Source: Clostridia bacterium
GTDB taxonomy: Bacteria; Bacillota; Clostridia; Oscillospirales; CAG-272
Reading direction: 5' to 3'
DNA length: 29,036 nucleotides
Assembly (NCBI GenBank): GCA_017621015.1
Contig: JAGAUC010000004.1
Location: 1-29,036, forward strand
Shown here: positions 24,127-29,036 of the stretch, one piece after another
Position numbering within the stretch: the first letter of the stretch is position 1
Layout of the letters: each line of letters opens with the position of its first letter
The notes under the pieces: generated by a model
What the model was told of the DNA's origin: nothing
Database searches by the model: none
Seen by the model: the letters and a program-made list of their open reading frames with translations, nothing else
Made by a program: the position numbers and the translations under genes

Positions 24127-26060
24127 AAAATATCAGAATCAAGACCCTGCGTCTTGAAAATTTCAAATGTCACAAGAGTCTGGTGCTTGACTTTAATGGC
24201 GGCGACGCTTCGATCTACGGTGACAACGCGACGGGCAAGACCAGCATTTACGATGCTCTCACCTGGCTTCTTTTTGGCAAGGACAGCAAGGGAAACGGCG
24301 AAAAGAACATTGAGATCAAGCCCCTGGGGGCAGACGGTGAGGTCCTTGACCATTTGGCCGAGACAGCGGTGGAGGCCGTGCTTCTCGTTGATGGGGAGGA
24401 GATCACCCTGCGCCGCACCCAAAAAGAGGTATGGTCGACCAAGCGCGGAAGCACCGAGGCGGTCTTTGACGGGAACACGAGCGAATTCTACATCGACGGC
24501 GTGCCGTGTAAGAAATACGTTTTTACCGAAAAGATCGACGAGCTTGTCAATGAGGATACTTTCCGTCTTCTGACAAGTGTATCGCATTTTGCGGACGGTA
24601 TCTCCTGGCAGGATCGGCGTGCGGTGCTTTTTCAGGTGGCGGCGGTTGCCGATGACGAGACGATCCTTGCGAGTGACGAGCGTTTTCGGCCGCTTATCGA
24701 CGGCAAGGGCAGACTTTCCATTGACGATTATAAAAAGAAGCTTGTCGCGGAAAAGCGCGGCTTTGTGGGGGCAAAGACCGAGATCCCCGCGCGCATCAAC
24801 GAATGTCAGAAGACCATTGAGGACGTGCAGGCGCTTGATTTCGACGCGGCCCGTGCCTCGCTGGAGATGCTGAATGCTAAGAGCGAGAGGCTGAGAGCCG
24901 ATCTGCTTGCCATTGAACACGATACGGCCAGCGAAAAGAAGCGTATGGAGATCGATGCCGCGGGGCTGGATCTTGAGCGGCTTGAAGGAGAAAACAGGCT
25001 TTTCCGCTCTCAGCAGACGGCGAATGCGCCCGATATGGAAGGAATGAAGCGCAGGCTCTCCTATCTGCAGGCACAGCACAGCTCCAAGAGCCTTCAGATG
25101 AAGGCGGCGGCCGGTGCTATAGAAACCTGCGACAAGGAGATCGCCGCCTCCCGTGAGCGTTGGATCTCGACCAACGCCGAGATCTTTTCCTCGGGTACCT
25201 GTCTCTCTTGCGGACAACCTCTTCCTGCGGCGCAGCTTGCGGTTGCGCGGGACAATTTTGAAGCGCAAAAGGCAAGACGTCTCCGCGAGATCGAGCAAAC
25301 GGCGAATGCCCACAAGGAGTCAAGAGCCGGGCAGGAGGCTCGTCTTGGGGAGCTCACCGAGGAAAGCGCCGCACTTGAGAGCGAGATCACCAAGATCGCC
25401 GGGGAGCTCACGGCGGCCGAGAAATGTGCGGTGGAGCCCGTAGATATGGAAGGATACGCCGAGAAGAAGGCGGAAATGCAGGAAAAGATCCGTGCCCTGC
25501 AAAGTGAGCTTGCGGATATGGCGCAGGGAAGCGCGAGCGTGAAGGCCGAGATCCAGCGACAGATCGAAGAAGCCAAGAGCGAATCGGACAAGCAGAGGGA
25601 TATCATCAGCAAGGAGGCCCTGCTTGCCTATTCACAAAAGCGCATCGAGGAGCTTCGGGAGGACGCGGCGAATGCCGCTGCTTGTCTTGATGCCATTGAG
25701 AGTATGCTGTTCCTTATCGACGAGTATTCGAGATATAAGACGCGGTACGTTGAGGACAGCATCAACGGTATGTTCCGCATTGCCCGTTTCCGTCTTTTCC
25801 GAGAGCAGGCGAACGGCGGCGTTGAGGACCGTTGCGACGTGGTGCTTGATGGCATTCCCTATATCAATCTCAACAGCGGCGCAAAGATCAATGTTGGGAT
25901 CGACATCATAAATGCGCTCTCTGCCGCCTATGGCGTGAGTGTTCCTCTGTTTGTGGACAACGCGGAGAGTGTGACAAGACTTGAAGAATCAAAGGCACAG
26001 ATCATTCGGTTGGTCGTGGCCGAAAAAGAAAAGGAGATCAAAGTAAGCTATGAAAATTAA
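24123..26060 (+). CDS. SMC/Rad50-like (AAA_23) phage ATPase
   Basis: Walker A GDNATGKT, long coiled coil with central CLSCGQ hook, signature LNSGAK, Walker B LFVDNAES. Confidence 0.88.
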   Translation: MKNIRIKTLRLENFKCHKSLVLDFNGGDASIYGDNATGKTSIYDALTWLLFGKDSKGNGEKNIEIKPLGADGEVLDHLAETAVEAVLLVDGEEITLRRTQKEVWSTKRGSTEAVFDGNTSEFYIDGVPCKKYVFTEKIDELVNEDTFRLLTSVSHFADGISWQDRRAVLFQVAAVADDETILASDERFRPLIDGKGRLSIDDYKKKLVAEKRGFVGAKTEIPARINECQKTIEDVQALDFDAARASLEMLNAKSERLRADLLAIEHDTASEKKRMEIDAAGLDLERLEGENRLFRSQQTANAPDMEGMKRRLSYLQAQHSSKSLQMKAAAGAIETCDKEIAASRERWISTNAEIFSSGTCLSCGQPLPAAQLAVARDNFEAQKARRLREIEQTANAHKESRAGQEARLGELTEESAALESEITKIAGELTAAEKCAVEPVDMEGYAEKKAEMQEKIRALQSELADMAQGSASVKAEIQRQIEEAKSESDKQRDIISKEALLAYSQKRIEELREDAANAAACLDAIESMLFLIDEYSRYKTRYVEDSINGMFRIARFRLFREQANGGVEDRCDVVLDGIPYINLNSGAKINVGIDIINALSAAYGVSVPLFVDNAESVTRLEESKAQIIRLVVAEKEKEIKVSYEN

Positions 26061-26637
26061 GGACAGAGCAAAACCGAAGATCCCGCCCGTTGCGGAGGGA
26101 GTATATATGGCCATTTGTGTCGGGATCATCGATCTCGGCGAGCAGTATTCCGAAATGTTTAAAAGCTATTCCAACAAGGTCAAGGTCGTTTGGGAGCTGA
26201 TGGGCGAGACCGTGGAGGTGGACGGTGAGCAAAAGCCGAGACAGCTTTCAAGGGATTTCACGATCTCCTCCTCCCAAAAGGCAAAGCTTCGTGAATTCAT
26301 CTCGACCTGGGTGACCAAGACCTTTTCCGACGAGGAATTTGCGGAATTTGACCTCTTTGATCTCTTGGGCAGGGCTTGTCAGGTGTCGGTCGTACATAAC
26401 GAAACGCACGAATATGCGAACGTTAACAGCGTGATGGCGATCCCCAAGGGCTTTCCCGTGCCGACCACAACCACCGAGCTTATCAAGTGGGATATGCAGG
26501 CGTGGGATGATGAAGCCTTTGCCAAGCTGCCCGAATGGTATCAGGAGCAGATCAAGAAATCCACCGAGTATCAGAAGGATCACGCGCCCGAGACCACGGT
26601 AGAGGTCAAGGCTGAGGAAAAGGAGTGTCCGATATGA
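26050..26637 (+). CDS. Phage DNA-metabolism protein, probably SSB-like (resembles the NGO0469 family)
   Basis: PPVAEGVYMAICVGIIDLGEQ motif, beta-rich core, acidic tail; family assignment from memory. Confidence 0.55.
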   Translation: MKIKDRAKPKIPPVAEGVYMAICVGIIDLGEQYSEMFKSYSNKVKVVWELMGETVEVDGEQKPRQLSRDFTISSSQKAKLREFISTWVTKTFSDEEFAEFDLFDLLGRACQVSVVHNETHEYANVNSVMAIPKGFPVPTTTTELIKWDMQAWDDEAFAKLPEWYQEQIKKSTEYQKDHAPETTVEVKAEEKECPI

Positions 26638-27331
26638 AATTTGAATCGTTAGCTTCTTCCTCTCACGGAAACGCCTACATCGTAAGCGACAGAGATACCC
26701 GCATTCTTCTTGAGTGCGGGATCTCCTACAAGCAACTGCAGAAGCTCTCTGGCTTCTCACTCTCGGAGTTTAAGGCCTGCATCGTATCTCACGAGCACAA
26801 GGACCACGCCAAGAGCGTGGAGGATCTTATTGGGCGCGGTATGGAGGTCTATATGAGCTACGGCACGGCGCAGGCGCTTGAGGTCGATTCGGCAAGCCTT
26901 ATTGAGAGTATGGAGCAATTCAACGTTGGCAGCTTTGACATCGTGCCTTTTGCCACTTTTCACGATGCGTCAGAGCCGCTCGGTTTTCTTATCAAGAGCC
27001 GTGCGGACGGGGAAGTGCTTGCCTTTGCGACCGATACGGTAAATCTGCGGTACAAATTCCCGGGGCTTACCATTCTTGCCATCGAGGCGAACTATGACAA
27101 AACGTGCTGGATCGTTGCGAGAAGCTTCCCGACAAGGTGCGGCACCGTATCACCAACGCCCACATGGAGATCAATACCCTGTGTGATTATTTGCGCTCGC
27201 TTGATTTATCGGAGTGCCGCGAGATCCATCTTTTACATCTGTCCGATGCAACCAGCCGAGAGGCCGAATTTGTGACCAAGGTGGCAAATACGGTGCCTGC
27301 CGGAATCCATATTAATGCTTGTAAGAAATGA
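26634..27331 (+). pseudogene. Phage MBL-fold metallo-hydrolase with a 1-nt frameshift
   Basis: LASSSHGNAY, SHEHKDH, HDA and IEANYD in one frame; H(M)E...HLLHLSD in another; adding one A to AAAA at 27099-27102 restores DKNVLDRC. Confidence 0.8.
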
Positions 27332-27341
27332 GGAGGTAGTT

Positions 27342-27947
27342 ATGAAAATTAAAAAAATCGTTGATTTATGCCGTCGCAACGGTGTTGCGCAAATTTATAA
27401 AGACAAAACAGATACACAGTGGCTTGGCGATGGCTATGCTTTGTATCCCCTGTATGGTATTCCAAATCTTAACGAGGACGAGTTCTTTACTACATTCGAT
27501 TTCACGGCAAAGCAAAGAAACAAAATGCTTTTTGCGGAAAGAAAATTTCCCGAGGTGTATTGTTCCTCTGATTTCTGTGCCGATGAAGAACGTTGTCAGG
27601 AACACACACTTAAGATTCCTTTTGGCGCCCGTTTGCTCATACCTTACACGACCCGAGACGGCATCAAGTTTCTTGACAGTGCATACGTCGCACCCTTTGA
27701 GGGGGAAGATTCGGAAATTGAGGTATATGAGCGCAAATCGGAAAGCGGTGAAATGTACTTTGCTATCAAGGTGGGTATGATCCTTCGTGCTATCGTTATG
27801 CCTTTTAACGCTATCAACGAATCCTTTGTTGACAAGATCAAGGAGATTTATCTGCTCTGCGAGGTCTCCCTTCAGAACAAAAACAACGGTATTCCTACGG
27901 CGAAGCAGCTTGGAGTTTTTGACGATAAGAATTCAGAAGAGGAGTGA
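27342..27947 (+). CDS. Hypothetical phage protein
   Basis: SD GAGGAGG before ATG 27342; QWLGDGYALYP...LRAIVMPF. Confidence 0.75.
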   Translation: MKIKKIVDLCRRNGVAQIYKDKTDTQWLGDGYALYPLYGIPNLNEDEFFTTFDFTAKQRNKMLFAERKFPEVYCSSDFCADEERCQEHTLKIPFGARLLIPYTTRDGIKFLDSAYVAPFEGEDSEIEVYERKSESGEMYFAIKVGMILRAIVMPFNAINESFVDKIKEIYLLCEVSLQNKNNGIPTAKQLGVFDDKNSEEE

Positions 27948-27955
27948 GGTAAGCC

Positions 27956-28705
27956 ATGGCAGAGACCGAGTGGATCAAGCTCTACTTAAAAACCTTTCGG
28001 ACAAGCCGCAAGATCAGCGCGATCGAGCGCATGAAGAACGGTGACACGTTTATCGTGATTTGGTTCAAGCTGCTTTGTCTTGCCGGCGAGATCAACGACG
28101 GCGGTGCCATCTACATTACTCCGAAAATTCCGTTTGATTTTGTTTCTCTTGCGGACGAGCTTAAGAAGCCGCGCGCCATTGTGGAGACGGCCGTGGGAGT
28201 CTTTATTGATCATGATATGCTTACCCGGGACGGCAAAGGCTTTATGCGGATCACGAATTGGGAGAGGTATCAAAACGTTGAGGGGCTTGATAAAATCCGA
28301 GAACAGACGAGAGTGCGAGTGGCACGGTGTCGGGCAAATAAAGGTAACGCCGATGTAACGCCGTGTAACGTTACAGGTAACGCCGATGTAACGCGATGTA
28401 ACGCTATAGAAGAAGAAGGAGAAGAAGATAAAGAAAATTCACTCATTCATTCTATATCGCGCGCGAAAAACGAGGAAACGGAAACGTCATGTCGCCAAAG
28501 ATGCGGCGGCGAGCTTTTTGGCGGCGTGGTGTTTCTGAGTGACGATCAGATCAAAGATCTTCTTGACCGGCTGACACGTGACGAATTCGATCATTACGTT
28601 GGGGTCATTCGCGATCAGGAGCTGAGCGGCAGGCATTACAAGAAAAAAACACACTATCAAGCCATATTGGATATGGCTATGAAGGACAGAAGGCTTAAAA
28701 AGTAA
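27956..28705 (+). CDS. Phage replisome organiser (replication initiator)
   Basis: N-terminal WIKL...IWFKLLCLAGEINDGG...ITNWERYQN typical of Phage_rep_org_N; internal iterons. Confidence 0.88.
   Translation: MAETEWIKLYLKTFRTSRKISAIERMKNGDTFIVIWFKLLCLAGEINDGGAIYITPKIPFDFVSLADELKKPRAIVETAVGVFIDHDMLTRDGKGFMRITNWERYQNVEGLDKIREQTRVRVARCRANKGNADVTPCNVTGNADVTRCNAIEEEGEEDKENSLIHSISRAKNEETETSCRQRCGGELFGGVVFLSDDQIKDLLDRLTRDEFDHYVGVIRDQELSGRHYKKKTHYQAILDMAMKDRRLKK
28344..28403 (+). repeat. Iteron-like array (putative phage origin)
   Basis: GTAACG at 28344, 28355, 28365, 28377, 28388 and 28398; includes the palindrome GTAACGTTAC. Confidence 0.75.
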
Positions 28706-28727
28706 GCCATACAAAAGGAGAGTGCAT

Positions 28728-28832
28728 ATGTATCAAGAAAATTTCTTTAATGAGCTGATTGTTGACAATTTTGCGGGCGGTGGCGGCGCCTCGGTCGGCA
28801 TTGAGCTTGAGAGAGCGATTCAGGGGGCGTGA
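28728..28832 (+). pseudogene. 34-codon stub of a DNA cytosine methyltransferase
   Basis: SD AAGGAG; MYQENFFNELIVDNFAGGGGASVGIEL matches C5-MTase motif I (FxGxGG), then stops. Confidence 0.75.
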
Positions 28833-28834
28833 GT

Positions 28835-29036
28835 ATGGAAAAGCAAATAACCATTTTCGGGGACGCCGTGAGGGAAGAACCGTGCGAGAATTGCTACTGT
28901 TGCCGTCATTTTGCCGAGTTTAAGGAGCCGAGGACGTTCACAGAACGAGGCGGAGAATTCACCGTGTTTGGAATGTGCGGCAAGAGTGTCGGCAAGAACG
29001 GCTCGTACAACTTTTATCCCGTGTATGTCCCCGGAG
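28835..29036 (+). CDS. Cys-rich small phage protein, truncated by the window end
   Basis: MEKQITIFGDAVREEPCENCYCCRHF...MCGK; open to the end of the window. Confidence 0.6.
   Translation, partial: MEKQITIFGDAVREEPCENCYCCRHFAEFKEPRTFTERGGEFTVFGMCGKSVGKNGSYNFYPVYVPG

Larger units (their letters stand above)
19046..29036. mobile_element. Prophage (lysogeny and early replication modules), continuing beyond the window
   Basis: att core, integrase, ImmA, cI/cro divergent pair, SMC-like ATPase, MBL hydrolase and replisome organiser in canonical siphovirus order. Confidence 0.92.

Noticed and set aside
23931-25313. 460-aa minus-strand ORF
   Set aside because: Antisense shadow of the ATPase gene.

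Overview
Low-G+C Gram-positive, probably spore-forming clostridial chromosome (inferred from sigG, SLH-domain protein and SD/sigmaA signals). 1-15.6 kb is host backbone: partial tRNA(CAU), LRR surface protein, XRE regulator, murA, DUF3810-like protein, RluA-family synthase, SLH protein, nrdR, sigG, a 1055-aa ECF sigma factor with a huge C-terminal extension, kdgK-like kinase and topB. From ~15.6 kb two related phage lysogeny modules lie as mirror images on either side of a 25-bp tRNA-Gly 3'-end att core (19046-19070). On the left is a decayed element: an immA 5' remnant fused into the topB 3' end, two cargo genes and a doubly frameshifted integrase. On the right is a prophage that runs off the window: intact integrase, AT-rich membrane cargo gene, antisense-oriented immA, cI/cro switch, putative antisense sRNA, SMC-like ATPase/SSB-like/MBL module and a replisome organiser with iterons. 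The most striking signals are (i) a 35-bp palindrome with three compensatory base-pair changes wrapped around the immA -10 box and Shine-Dalgarno in both phages, (ii) immA embedded antisense between cI and the cargo-integrase genes, (iii) a Prp-protease-like DLQLFA motif in the CI linker, and (iv) the giant internally duplicated ECF sigma factor.
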